In this document: positions 50,117 to 62,584 of the stretch, one piece after another | Position numbering within the stretch: the first letter of the stretch is position 1 | How the letters are laid out: each line of letters starts with the position of its first letter | NCBI GenBank assembly: GCA_017499595.2 | Contig: CM039007.1 | Location: 248,001-312,000, forward strand | Length of the DNA stretch: 64,000 bases | Reading direction: 5' to 3' | Origin: Psilocybe cubensis | Taxonomy: Eukaryota | Notes under the pieces: generated by a model | What the model was told of the DNA's origin: nothing | What the model saw: the letters and a program-made list of their open reading frames with translations, nothing else | Databases searched by the model: none | Position numbers and translations under genes: made by a program

Positions 50117-53100
50117 TTAGTCCCCTCGCTCCGGACCCAAACAATCCAACGCCGCTCCAGATCTCATGACCAGAGCATTCTCCATACTATACCGTCCCCT
50201 GGCCTTCTTCCCCGCAGGACCGACCTCCAGATGCTTGCCCGACAACACAAGCTCAAGCTCATGTCTCGCCTCCGCTACCCGCCCCTGCGCCGTGAACAGC
50301 CGCGCGAGCTCGTAGTGCGCGTGGTACACCAGCTGGTGATCCAGCTCAATCTGTGGGCCATGTGTAAAGACGAGGCGGAAGGAGGCTTCGGCTTCGCGCG
50401 CGGCGGTTTCAGTGTCCAGCATGCCTTGTATCTTTGTGTCTTCGTTGGGGTCGAGATCGGCGTCGGGGTCCTGTATATCAAGATCAAGTCAAGGGTATAC
50501 TTACGGGTAAGGGAGTACGCACCGGATACGCGATATACCGCATGCACACGCCCCGTAAAAATATGCCGAGGCAGACATCGTCCCAATACCCGCCGCCATG
50601 GGTCTTTGAATACGCTTTCTCAATCTCCTTCCTTTTCTTTGCCTCTTTCAATCCAGTGTCGGTACTGGCACCAGGAGACAAGCATCCATCAATCCACCCA
50701 CACGCCTCGAGCAACCCTTTAACCTCCTGCACCATCTGCGTCCAGATGACGCGGCGCGGGGCATGCGCGATACCCTGGAAGACGTAAGCCATCTCAAGTG
50801 CAGGCACCGCCAGGCGATTTTTCTGCGAGAGGAATTTGCGTGCTTTCCGGGCAACGAGTTTCTAGAGTGAGGTTTAAAGGAAGCGTAGTTGTAGTGCAAT
50901 AAATGGAATTGGACAGGATATTATAAGCATCAATATGAAAATAAATGAATCAAAACGCACTTCAAGCGGAATACTCTTCCCCGCGATTTTCTGCCTGAGG
51001 CTAGGAACCTTTTCCATGAGAGCGACTGCTTCTTTCTTGTTCTTCTCCCTTTCCTTCGGGTCGGCAGTCGGATACTCGAGCAAACAGACGGCCATCCCGT
51101 ACGAGTAAATAGCTTTGGACCACTGTGTGAAGATAGGGGTTAGGGGATTGGGTTATTCAGGGGGACCGCGATATAGATAAACCCAAACCCAAAAAAAAAA
51201 CACTCACAGTCGCCTCCCTCTCAAGCTCCCTCCAACACTCCAAACTTCTCTTCACATCCCAGAGCGCCAGATGTGCGATCGCCATCTCCCAGTAACTGAT
51301 ATGGTGCAGGTTGCGGTACTGCGTCTGCGCGTGCATCGCGCGGGTGTAATAGTCGATCGCGTCAGCCGGGCGGGAGCGCACAAGTGCGAGGCGGCCCGCA
51401 CCGAAGAGGAAGAACACACCTGTCGACTGGGGTGAGAAATTGATTTTAGGAATGGCGGGGGAAAGCAGACGCACCGTTCGGATACCGCTTCAGATTCCAC
51501 TTGAGCACGCGACTCGCAACAGCGATGTCGACGCCCTCAAACGTAAAGCTGGACAGCACCAAGTGGAAAATTAACAGACACATATCGCATATCGAGCGAC
51601 GCACGCCTTCGTCCGCTATATACATGTCATTAACATATTCCAAAAACAAATAGAACAGAAAGACACTCACCAGCCGATATACCTGGCTCATCCCCATCCC
51701 TGTCGGTATCTCCCCACCCACCCGCACGCATCAAACACTCAAGTCCATACTGTCTATCGCCTTTGTAACCAAACAGTTCGACGAGCGCCGCGAGCTTGCC
51801 CGGCATCAAGCTCAAGATGATGTTGCACATCCCCACGCCCAGGAGGACGCCCGACCGGAAATGCACGTCAATAGATGGGTCTTCGAGGCGTTTGGAAGAG
51901 GGGGATGGCGGAGAAGCCTGCGACGCGGCATACACTGCATCCATGTGATCCAAGTACGCGCCCAGCTGGCGGTATATCGAGATCGTGGTTCGCATATTGA
52001 GCCTACACAACACTCAGTAACCCGAGGGCAGCCACTGAAATAAAGAAGTCACTTACGCCTCCTTGATAAACGCGAGCCAGTCCCCGCTGTACACAATCCC
52101 CAATAAAGCCTTCTCAAATAAACTCTCCGCGTACACTAACTCGGCATGGCGCTCGACGTCCGTCATGCTCTTGATCCATTGCACTGTGCTGGCACTTGCA
52201 TGGGGTGCACCCGCGCTCGTCGTAGCCGAAGGTGAATTTGGCGAGGTAGGGTGCGAGGTGGGCGAAGTAGGCGATAGAGCCGAGGAGAACGATGATACGA
52301 CGTACCCAGCAAGACGTGCCCCGCCGCCGAGAAACCCAGCACGCTTACGGTGCTGACCTGCGATGTGGTTCCCGTGTTTAGTGTGCGCGATCCCCGCGAG
52401 GAGGTCCTGGGGAGAGAAAGGTTTATCGTTAGAAATCGATATTTCAAACTAAAGCACACTCACAGCATCATCATAGCTCATTAAACCCTTCACACACTGA
52501 ATTAGCCCATAACCAGTTGCGACATACAGCCTCTCCATTCCATTCCCCTCTCCACCACCACTTCCTTCCTTTCCTTTATCACCCCCGCCTTCCAACTCAA
52601 CCAAATAGCCCTCACTCTCCCGCATCCGGCTCAGCAGGAATAGCTCAAGCGCGTACGACACAGCGTCAATGTCCCCCAGAGCTTCCGCTGGTTCGTATGG
52701 CTGCTGCGCGGCAGGTGGGGAGTTCGAAGGTCCAAAGCGGGATGTGTAAGAGGGGATTGTTGTCGGGGGAGCATCAGTGGACTGAGATGAGGGAGGCAAT
52801 GAAGGTGACGGCATGGAGGACGGCGTAGACGTAGACGAAACCAACACAGCGCCCTCCTCAAACCCCAGTCCTAACCCAAGTTCCGAAGACGGCTCCATCA
52901 CAATCGGCGGCAACAACGGCAGCACTACACTGGTGCTGTTGTTTTCCATAGCCACACTCTCCACTTTAACCGTCTCTTTATCCTTAACGTCTTTACTCCC
53001 CGCTCGATCCTGATCTAAATCCGTGTCCAGGTCAATGCTGATCGTGTCGGCGTCCTTATTCGTCTTCTCTGCGTCTATTGCAGCAGACGATGTCGACGTC

Positions 53101-53141
53101 GATGTGGAGAGTGAGAGACTGGAGAAGAGCGAGCTGAACAT
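50117..53141 (-). CDS. IML2/TTC39-like TPR protein, many exons
   Basis: RLYVATGYGLIQCVKGLMSY, ERHAELVYAESLFEKALLGIVYSGDWLAFIKE, HFRSGVLLGVG, ELFGYKGDR, RYPNGVFFL, RQKIAGKSIPLE, YSMENAL. Confidence 0.85.
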
Positions 53142-54974
53142 AGTTGCGAGTGCGTGGGGTGCGGGGTTACGTTATGTTGAGGAATCGTTTACGGAAATTG
53201 GAGTCGGCGGTGGCGTTGGAAGCACGCGCCAAGTCGTCAGTGGTGAGTAGCAGGAAAACGAAGGGACAACACAGAGGAGATGTTGATATCGATGTCGTGG
53301 CAAGCACCAACGAACGAAACGGACCCAAATCGTCGGGGAAAGCCAGGGGAAACGCAGAGCCGGAGCCGAGATTGAATGATAAATGGATGATTGACGTGGT
53401 GAGGGAAGATGTAGTATGGTTAATTAAAGCCCACACACCCTGTTCATTCAATCCAATCCAATATCCAATAATCTTTCCCCACATTCGCATTCCCCGTATT
53501 CAACCACATCCAACCCCGTTCGCGAAAACAGATGACAATAACCAACCCCACAGGAAACGAAGCGACAACAAAATACAACAGCACCCATAAAATTCACATC
53601 CAAAAATCCACAAATGAGACGAAAAAAGAGTCGCAACCCATTAGCACCCTAATTAGCAACAGCGAAAATTACGACATACAGGGTGGGGCGAGAAGAGTGC
53701 CAATGATACACACAATCCTGATGTATGAATCAGATGAGAAGGATAGGAAATGTTGAAACCACACGCACCATAAGGCGAAATAATTGTACAGCGTTCCGGC
53801 CATCCATTCAATTCAACAACGCAATCCAATGCATAACCACACCCAATCCAATCCCCGCATCCCGTCCGCGAAAAACATATGACAAGAACCAACCCCGCAG
53901 AAAAGAATCAAAAATAGAACCACGTCCACCAATAAGAAAAATCAGCAAATGACAGAGTCGATCAGCACCCGATTTACAGGACAACGACAAAACAGAACAG
54001 ACCTTGTACAGCAAGCGTGGACCAGGCGTCAGCTGACGCAATGCGTGTCAGTCACAGTGTGGATTCGGATCCAGAGTCGGTGATGCGCGCGGTGAAGAGG
54101 TATATCGTCTCGTCTATGCGAATGAATGCGACCGGACCGCGACGCTTTCAAGGTGTAACCCAACCTAGACGTTTCTCCTCAATACAGAGTCAAGGCGGTA
54201 CCACAGCGAGTCTTTCGGTTTCCTGTTTCTTGGTTGATGTTGATAGAATTCTGCAAGAAACAAAGAAAAAGAATGAGAAAAACGTGAAGAAGTAAAGTAA
54301 AAGCGGATCTAAGAAGAAAAGACAAACCGTGACTGAAACGACGACGCGCTTTTCTTCACAGATCAAAGGTGCCATAAATGGAAGTAGCTGCTCACGGGTT
54401 GTGGGTCAATTTCAATGAACTTGACTGGGATAGTGGATAAGCTGGTAGCGCTCGAGCTGATTCTTGTGAGATGAAAGAGGAAATGGAAAGATATTACGAG
54501 TTAAGGATTTATAAAAATCCAAAGTAGAGTGAGAGGTCGTAAATTTTTGTGGTGCACGAGCTCCTGTGGGTGAACAGGGCTTTGGCGGCAAATCGAAACT
54601 TACTAGCCAAGACGAGGAAGTCTCTGGACAAAATTTTGGATCCAAATCAGAAACATGACAAGCACGTTTAAGAAGTAACCTGACTCTCCTCTGGAGATGA
54701 TTGCAGAATGAGATTACGATAAAAGGAGGTGTCAATGGTAGTAGAATTATGTTGTCTGTGGTTTGTCGTCGAAGATGTGTTTAGTATAAGTTAGAAAATA
54801 ATCTGCATTCTGAAATCCTGCAGAAAGTCGTCCAATAAATCACATTAAAATCTAATATCAAGAAAATACAATACAACCACTAACCTAGGACTTATTATTG
54901 TCACCTAAACCGCGCTGTATGTTTAGCAAATAGCCATTGTTATACACGAAGCAATAGACTGAAAGGTTTGGAAT

Positions 54975-55383
54975 ATACGTGGTGACACAAACTTTCGTCG
55001 GTGCGTAGGGCGTTGGTGGCGAGGTAAAACCCATGCAAAAAGATGAAGCAAGAGCCCCACGCGGAAAGACGAAGCAAGAACCCTGATGTGTCTGTACGAA
55101 ACACTGGTATATTCAGAGAGATTTCGCTGTGAGACGGAGGACGCGAAAAAGCGAATTCTCTTAGAGATGAGAGGGAACCGAGAGATGAATAAGAGTGAGT
55201 CTAGCTCGAGCACAATATTTAAAGTCAGTATATTGGAGAAAAACAGAGAAGCCAAGGAACCTTCATGTCAATGGGAGGTCAATATTCAATCATTATCTGT
55301 CAAAGTTCTGATAGGAGTTAATGAAGATCTCCGAGGAAAAGCATTTTTCTCTCTCTTATATTATCCGTAGATGAGTTTGCCTA
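54975..55383 (+). repeat. Dispersed degenerate repeat, copy A
   Basis: Colinear blocks shared with 58105-58452: CGTGGTGACAC, GGTGCGTAG, CTGTAC.AAACACTGGTA, CCGAGAGAT, AAGAGTGAG, CCTTCATGTCA, TCCGTAGATGAG.TTGCCT. Confidence 0.8.
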
Positions 55384-56249
55384 CCCCCTCCGAATCGTTG
55401 GACATGTATGTTTACCGCTGTAAGGAAAACAAACAACACCGGCGCCTATAGTGATCAAATTCTGATTCATCACTACCTGGACCAGGTATTAGTACATAAC
55501 CTTCGTGGCTGCACCAGATACTGGCAAAGGAAGAAGAGGGATGGGATGGGAGGGGAAAATTTGTGATATAATGCAGTAGTACTCTTTCATCCTAGATGTT
55601 AGAATAGTGAGTCCATTCAGGCAGAGGATTAATGATACAAACAGTTAGTCATTTTAAAATCCTTTGCGTCAATCTTTTAGTTGTGCTGAACTGCCTTCTG
55701 AAATGAGTTAATATCTTTAAGACGGATGTAATGAAGGGCTGATGTTCCACAACCCCGAAAGCTAAATTTCCAACAGAAAAGTTTACTTCCACTGAGATTC
55801 CAAGGCAAATTCAGGAACAAAAATAGTACTTAGTTCTGTGAACTGTTTAAGTCCTGGGACCGTCGATGAAACAACGCTAATCCCAAGAGCAATGATTCTC
55901 TACTCGTCCTGTTTCCGTATTACAAGTTACCAAGGACTTCAAATGTAGCGATTATCTCTCACTAATAGTATGATCACAATGAAGATAAAGGCATGTGCTG
56001 TGCTTAAACTTTCAAAAGCCAGGTCGGGCACGGGATCAAATGATTACCCATTGTACGGGTATCTCAGCCTCCGAAGACACTTTATTCAGCGGATGGCGTA
56101 ATTCGTTACCCATGGACAGAGAAAGCTTATATATATCCTGAGTGTGATAAATCTCAAAGGGATACAGTAGTGTTATCCTCCGTATCCACGCGTATCAGCA
56201 TCCCCTTGCAAGGCCGGCCAGAGAGTGCACAAACCACAGATCTGTACAA

Positions 56250-57607
56250 ATGTCGTCCAAACCTGTGCTGTTTACCCCTATCCAAGTTGGCAACGTCCAG
56301 CTGAAGCACCGGATTGTGCTCGCGCCACTTACGCGCAATCGGTCATCGCAGAAGGAGCATGTTCCCACCATACCGCTCATGCAGGAGTACTACGCGCAAC
56401 GTGGGAGCATACCGGGGACACTGTTGATCACGGAGGCGACATTTATCACCGCAGAGGCGGGCGGAGACGACAACATCCCCGGAATATGGAGTCCAGCGCA
56501 GATCGAGGCGTGGAAGAAGGTGAGCGTCGATGTAGAAAGGCATGTACAAAACGATTAATGGGTGTAAATGAGTAGGTCACAGATGCAGTTCACGGGAATA
56601 AATCGTATATTTACCTTCAGCTCTGGGCGCTTGGGCGAGCTGCGACACCCGCCACGCTGCGTGAGGACGGCTACGACTTCGTTGCGCCCTCGCCAATTCC
56701 TATGAAACCGGACGCCAAAGACATCCCTCGCGCGCTGACCGTCCCCGAGATCAAACAGTATGTAAAGTGGTACGCAACCGCCGCACACAACGCGGTGCAC
56801 CTCGCGGGATTCGATGGGGTCGAAGTGCACAACGCAAACGGATATCTCCTCGACCAGTTCGTTCAGGACGTGAGCAACCAGAGAGACGACGAGTACGGTG
56901 GTAGTATCGAGGCGAGGAGCAAGTTCAGCCTTGAAGTCGTCGACGCGGTTGTAAAGGAGGTAGGGGCGGAGAGAGTTGGTATACGCGTCAGCCCATGGAG
57001 TATGTTCCAAGGTATGTCCCGCACTCACCTGAAATGACATTCCAGTGACATTTAGCCTCGAAGCTATGAAAATGGCCGATCCAATTCCTCAGTTTACATA
57101 CTTAATATCCTCGCTCCTAAAATCTCATCCAAACCTTGCGTACCTGCACGCTATTGAGGCACGCGCCGGTGCCCCACCGCACGAGTCGAACGATTTCCTT
57201 CGCCACCTCTGGCGTTCCAAACCCGACGAAGCGTTCAAGCGTGTCTTCATCAGCGCCGACGGATACAAACGCGACACGGCCATTGCACGCGCGGAGAAGG
57301 ACTCGGAGGATGGTTTAGTGGCGTTTGGAAAGGCTTTCCTTGCAAACGTTAGTTCGCTAGTGCACATCCGTGTCGACCACATTGATTTACTCTTTTATAC
57401 CAGCCCGATTTACCTTTCCGGCTTGAAAATGACCTTCCTCTCAATACATGGAACTTTAAGACGTTCTTCAGCCGGGCACACCTTCCTGGGACTGAGATTG
57501 GGTACACGGACTACCCATTTTCGTCAGAGTTTCTTAACTCGGCTATCTCTGGGATAAACCCTACAGTTCAACCTCCGGAAAAAGAACTGGAGAAGAGTAA
57601 TTTGTAG
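56250..57607 (+). CDS. Old yellow enzyme (NADH:flavin oxidoreductase), 4 exons
   Basis: LFTPIQVG..LKHRIVLAPLTR, YYAQR, LITEAT, QLWALGR, AGFDGVEVHNANGYLLDQF, NQRDDEYGGSIE, LAYLH, FLANPDLP, GYTDYPF. Ends EKSNL*. Confidence 0.95.
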
Positions 57608-57726
57608 AATTAAAAAAGACTTACAGACTGATACTGATTCCATAGACAACTTCTAGTAGAATATGGTGAGAGTAGAACATAATAAATTGAAAAATGCCAT
57701 GGTACTTTGAGGACAAAAAACACTGT

Positions 57727-57955
57727 CACTGCCGGCGACGACTACTGTAAGTTAAACAAACAGCTGTTGTTTTACATGTTTTATGTATGTTCAGCTGTAA
57801 GTTCGACATACATCATTACTTACACTCAAATAATTTCCATAAAAGGCGATTATTTGAGTGTAAGTAGACTGTATGTTGAACTTAGAGCTGAACTTACATA
57901 AAACATGTAAAACAATGGCTGTTTGTTCAACTTACAGCAGTCATCTCCCGCAGTG
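57727..57955. mobile_element. Foldback MITE with CACTG termini and TGT target-site duplication (CACTA/CMC-like)
   Basis: Arms 57727-57834 and 57849-57955 are reverse complements (about 87% by eye) around a 14-nt loop. TGT lies at 57724-57726 and 57956-57958. Confidence 0.88.
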
Positions 57956-58104
57956 TGTTTAGACTTGCGCCAGTCGGTCTGAGGCGGCACCCTCCAACTG
58001 ATAAGCTAATCTTGCTCGAATGGATTCTTGCGAGCTGTGAAAAGAGAAGAAGACAGATGTGAGATTGAAAAATGAGAAGTGTTTAGAATGAGCAGAAAAC
58101 CAAA

Positions 58105-58452
58105 TATTCGTGGTGACACGAATTTCCGTAGGTGCGTAGCTTTGGCGGCGAGTCGAAAAGTGTGTGGCTGTACCAAACACTGGTAAAGGAAAAGGGAGAG
58201 GAGGGTGGGATCAAAAAATTTCCCTTGAGAGATTTTGGAGGCGAGGTCAAAGGACAGAGAATACAAAATCTCTGGGAGACGAGAGAGAGCCGAGAGATTG
58301 GAAGAGTGAGCGTACTCGAGAAAGTCTATTAGGAGAGTGCAAAAAATTGAAGAAGGACATTTGAAGCTCAAAAGCCTTCATGTCACAAAGATGACAATCG
58401 TTCTGTCAGAGACTTTATCTCGCTTTTATCTTGTCCGTAGATGAGCTTGCCT
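58105..58452 (+). repeat. Dispersed degenerate repeat, copy B
   Basis: Same ordered blocks as copy A at 54975-55383. Confidence 0.8.
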
Positions 58453-58597
58453 GCGCACACGGCGGGCAAAAGTGCGCACTCATCGTTGAAAAGGTCGGAT
58501 CACGTGATGAGGCGTGAAAGCCGACGCGATAAGTCGCAAACGCGAAAGGAGGATCGAGAAGGAAAGGAAGGACGTCAAAGACCTGAGCGCTTGGGTA

Positions 58598-58932
58598 GAG
58601 CCACGTGGATGCAGAAACAGGAGCCCAACTGTGGCAGTACCAAACACTGGAGACAGAAGGAAAAGGGAGAGGAGGGTGGGAGGATAAAAACTTAGGTGAG
58701 GAGCGAAGGAGAAAAGTGACGAAGCACTTGCAGAGATTCTGGGGAAGAGGCGAAGGCGGTGAAGATCACAGAACGAGGCTCACACTCCAAGTATAGAAAA
58801 ATACGAGGAATAAGATCATGTATATTAGAGAAGATGCGAGAACTAAGATATGGCAGTAAATCAGGGCAATGATTGAGATGGAGGGAGACCATAGATGACA
58901 GCTTATCTTATCCGTGGATAAGTATCGTGCCT
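58598..58932 (+). repeat. Dispersed degenerate repeat, copy C (more diverged)
   Basis: GTACCAAACACTGG...AAGGAAAAGGGAGAGGAGGGTGGGA is shared with copy B. Ends in TTATCCGTGGATAAG, similar to the ends of A and B. Confidence 0.65.
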
Positions 58933-59049
58933 CACTCATCATTGAATGTTGACGTTGAGACGTTGTTTGGTTACAATGACTGCCGGTGCCAAACCGTGTC
59001 CAATGGTAATTTCTCCTCTTCACTCCTCTCCCTCCAACGTCCACGCTGA

Positions 59050-59941
59050 CACGGGGGGCAAAGTCCAGCACGGTAGAATTTCAACCGTGCCCGTCGCGGT
59101 TGAGATTCGAGTGAAAAAGGCGGGCCGGATTTCCGTCGGAGATTTAAATATTTAATCAGCGTAAGATTTGTTATTCTCGACATGACTTCACCTCATATTT
59201 TGCTGTTCAAAAGAGCCATGGTGAATATTATGCAAAACTCCAAAGCTTAACAGATAAATAGGGAGCTAATACATATACTTAAGTTTGTCTCATGCTTCCT
59301 ATTAGTATGTAGATAGCTTAATTTGGAGGCCTATTCAGCAATAACTACCTTAACTACACATACTGCTCTGCAACAACTATCTGTGAGCCGAAAACTTGAT
59401 CATATCCTGTGAAACTATATGGTATTAGTTAGGCAGCTTGTGTCATAGTTTAAATGTATTTTGGAACTTTATTATGCTTTGAAATGGCACCGACAATTAT
59501 ACTGAAGAATATGATAAAATAAAATCAATTGAGGATCAATTGCTCTAGCAGTATTTTTGCCAGTAAAATAATTATATAGAGTGTGTTTAGAATATTATCA
59601 AGGTGTACTACAGTTGGAATTGAGGTTACTGAGATACATCCACTCCTAATTACTTTTAAATGCAGAAGCAATAATATGCCACTGCTAATTGGAACACTAT
59701 CACCAATCCATTGGCACTGTGGGCTTTAAAACTCAAATCAAACTCTTAGAGCATATTTATACTAAAATTTACATGAATAACATTAAGGTGTACATTGTTG
59801 CTACATCTAGAAAATATAATACACACAATTTCGTTGGCAAAGTGTGCTTGTGGAATGACATCAGCTTGATTACGTGGTCCCAAAATCTCAACCGTGACGG
59901 GCACGGTTGAATTTTGACCGTGCTGGACTTTGCCTCCCGTG
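59050..59941. mobile_element. Non-autonomous DNA transposon (MITE), 892 bp, 58-bp TIRs starting CACGG, TGA target-site duplication
   Basis: TIRs 59050-59107 and 59884-59941 match at 53 of 58 positions. TGA lies at 59047-59049 and 59942-59944. The interior is AT-rich with no credible ORF. Confidence 0.9.
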
Positions 59942-60271
59942 TGATGACCCATACTGACTTGCTGGCTTTTCATATATTTTCAGATATTTCTACTCTGTAT
60001 TACTGACTATTTTTTGGTACATTTGCTATGATGCATGTTGTACATATTTGTTTCATTAAAATAATTTTTTGTACAGCTTGTTGATCAAAAACTATTTTTT
60101 GAGCAGATGGAAAGAGACTTTGTATAATGTAGTGAAATTTTGTAAAGTAGAACAGGTTATAGAAGTGCAAAGGTAAAGTTGACTACAAGTACAAATTTTA
60201 ACGTCCAAACCCCAGCAAAGACCGAATTGGCGAAGCCAATCTTTTATTCTTAGAATGATCTGAGAACCGAA

Positions 60272-60331
60272 TGTTCGTGGTGACACGAATTTGAGTAGGT
60301 GCGTAGGGCTTTGACGGCACATCGAAAAGTG
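60272..60331 (+). repeat. Dispersed degenerate repeat, head fragment D
   Basis: TTCGTGGTGACACGAATTTGAGTAGGTGCGTAGGGCTTTG...TCGAAAAGTG matches the 5' end of copy B. Confidence 0.75.
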
Positions 60332-60517
60332 ACCAAATGCAGTGTGACTCAGACCAAGTCAGTGGTCACATCTTCGGACTTTGAAAAAGTGATTAGTCAG
60401 AAACGGTGAGCTACCACGCGTGCCACCACGGATTTTCTGACCTTCACATTCTCAGGATTTTCTATCACTCTTAAGATTCATTATATTTACAGAAACACCC
60501 CAAAAGCCTGCTTCATT

Positions 60518-61919
60518 ATGGGTGCAAACCTTCCACCCGAGCTGTGGGATCAAGTCATAAGCGAGATAGCCCCTGGAAATCGCAGGATCATGGACACGGA
60601 CTCAGATATAATGGCCTTTAAAACCCTCATTGCTTGCACATGTACAGCAAAAGATCTAGCACTTTCGGCACGCAGACGCTTGTTTGCTACCATTGCTATC
60701 GACAAACAGGCGATGCAACTGCATAACGATAGAGAACCTCTGAAAATGCGCACGATAGAAGAAATTGGCGCTCGAGTTGATCAATTAATCAATCTTTTGA
60801 CTAATGATCTATCGCCGATTAGGCTGATGGTTCAAAGGTTCTCCATCTACATCGACTTTGCGCGCGATATGCTGAAGGAGGGGTCGCAACTTTGTCGACT
60901 GTTAGAAATTTTACCTCATCGAGCGGTCAATATCACCTTTCTTACTATGCATACAAGCGTTCTCTCGCTTCCTGTATCATGGAATGAGATACCCACCCTG
61001 ATGCTCAATCATCTTCGAAATCTCTGCATGACCCTTCCAGTATATCAGCTTTCCCTTTACGATAATAAGGATATACCACCTACGATTGTCAACTCTAGAC
61101 AAAGTCCTCACCTTCGATGTATCAAATTTTCATATTCCAGGTTCTCTCAAACCATGGCTAATCCGGAGCAAAGTCAGGTTATATTCCATGATTATCTCCA
61201 CTTGCTCCCCGAATATGGAGTCTATGAAATCAACTTTACAAATGACCTGCTTAACTTTGTTCGTATTCATGCCAGTGTCAACAAGCATCGTGATAATGTG
61301 CAGCGCCTTTCTATGCTCCTAACCAAATCAGACGTTCAGGGATCTCTAACATCTCTTCATTGGTGCGTTTCAGTCTCATTTATTAATATGTGTATATTTA
61401 TTTCTTTTTGCCAGGGGATGTTTTGCACTGGATGAACTACCATCTACCACCAATTTTGGATTATTTCAGGTCCTCCGCCGCATCACTGTAGAGCTTTCTC
61501 TGTTTGAGAAAGACTACAGCTCCGATGTCTTCCTATTACTTCCTGCTAGCCTTCACCACAGTGGGACCTCGAATTGGGAGGTCGAAAACATAAAGATGAT
61601 TTTAAATGTGAGGTGGCATCGATGGTCAGCGAACGTTCTTCCAGTGAATTTTAACAACGTCGACTACTTGGGGATGAAATATTCTATCGACCGACTTCGT
61701 CCACTCTATCCTCAACTCCGCAAATTCAAGTTTTGTCTCTGCGTCGAAGCCCAACCGGACTCTTACGACATTTATTCATCTCGCCTGGAGGGTGTTCGAA
61801 CAAAATTGATGGAAACATTTAGTCTTGACGTCCCACTGGCAGTCTCAGGGGGTTCGCCAACTATGTATACCTCCGTACAGCTGGAAATTGAAACTCGTGT
61901 AGAGGTAAAGTCTACGTAA
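60518..61919 (+). CDS. F-box-like protein, paralogue of 11677-13086, 2 exons
   Basis: MGANLPPELWDQVISEI...FKTLIACTCTAKDLALSARRRLFATI. Intron 61364-61414 (TG|GTGCGT...CCAG) restores the frame into ORF 61596..61919. Confidence 0.8.
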
Positions 61920-62497
61920 GTCTATTTACCGTAACTTCCTGTTTTTGCATCCGATTTGGAAGTAAATTTCACACCAAATGATTTTTTTCCGTGTGAAAGT
62001 ATCAAATATGCCGCAAATTAGTTCAAATCGTTGATCTCGTCTGCTCGCTTCCTGTTATGAGTCTCTTCAAAAGCTTTTGCCAACAGAGATATACCACTCT
62101 AATATTCTCATATCTAGGCAAACAACTCAGCAAACTGCTAGCGGAGTTATTAGGCACCATTAGGCGAACCACGCCAATGCACGAATGAAATACCCCACTT
62201 GCAACTAACATGCGTTCCTTTCGTCCTACCTCCATCGCACTTCCATTTTGTTTCAGACTCAAAATTGGACTCGCATGGGCTATCATCAATTGACTATCGG
62301 AAAATGTCACCATTTCCTTACAGTTGGCCGATAACATTTGCGGGGTTACGATACCCAGAGAGCCAAGCTGCCAGCCAAGACTTCACAACGAGGTTCTCCT
62401 TCAATGTCGTCCTTGTGCGAGCATGTGCACCACTGATTCCTCAACATGAACCATGCACTCCTTGAGATACAGAGCGAGGTGCAAGGACTTCTTTTCG

Positions 62498-62504
62498 TAT
62501 AAAT
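62498..62504 (+). promoter_or_regulatory. TATA box of the OPT gene
   Basis: TATAAAT 87 nt upstream of ATG 62585. Confidence 0.45.
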
Positions 62505-62584
62505 GGGTGGGGGATGGAACTGAATTTTGGTGTACCGTCCCCGTTGCACCTCAAACGGCTCCCTTTTGATTCCTTCGTGTCAAG

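Noticed and set aside
54975-60331. Repeats as a CRISPR array or LTR retrotransposon
   Set aside because: The spacing is irregular, the copies are degenerate, and there are no cas, gag or pol sequences, TG...CA ends or primer-binding site
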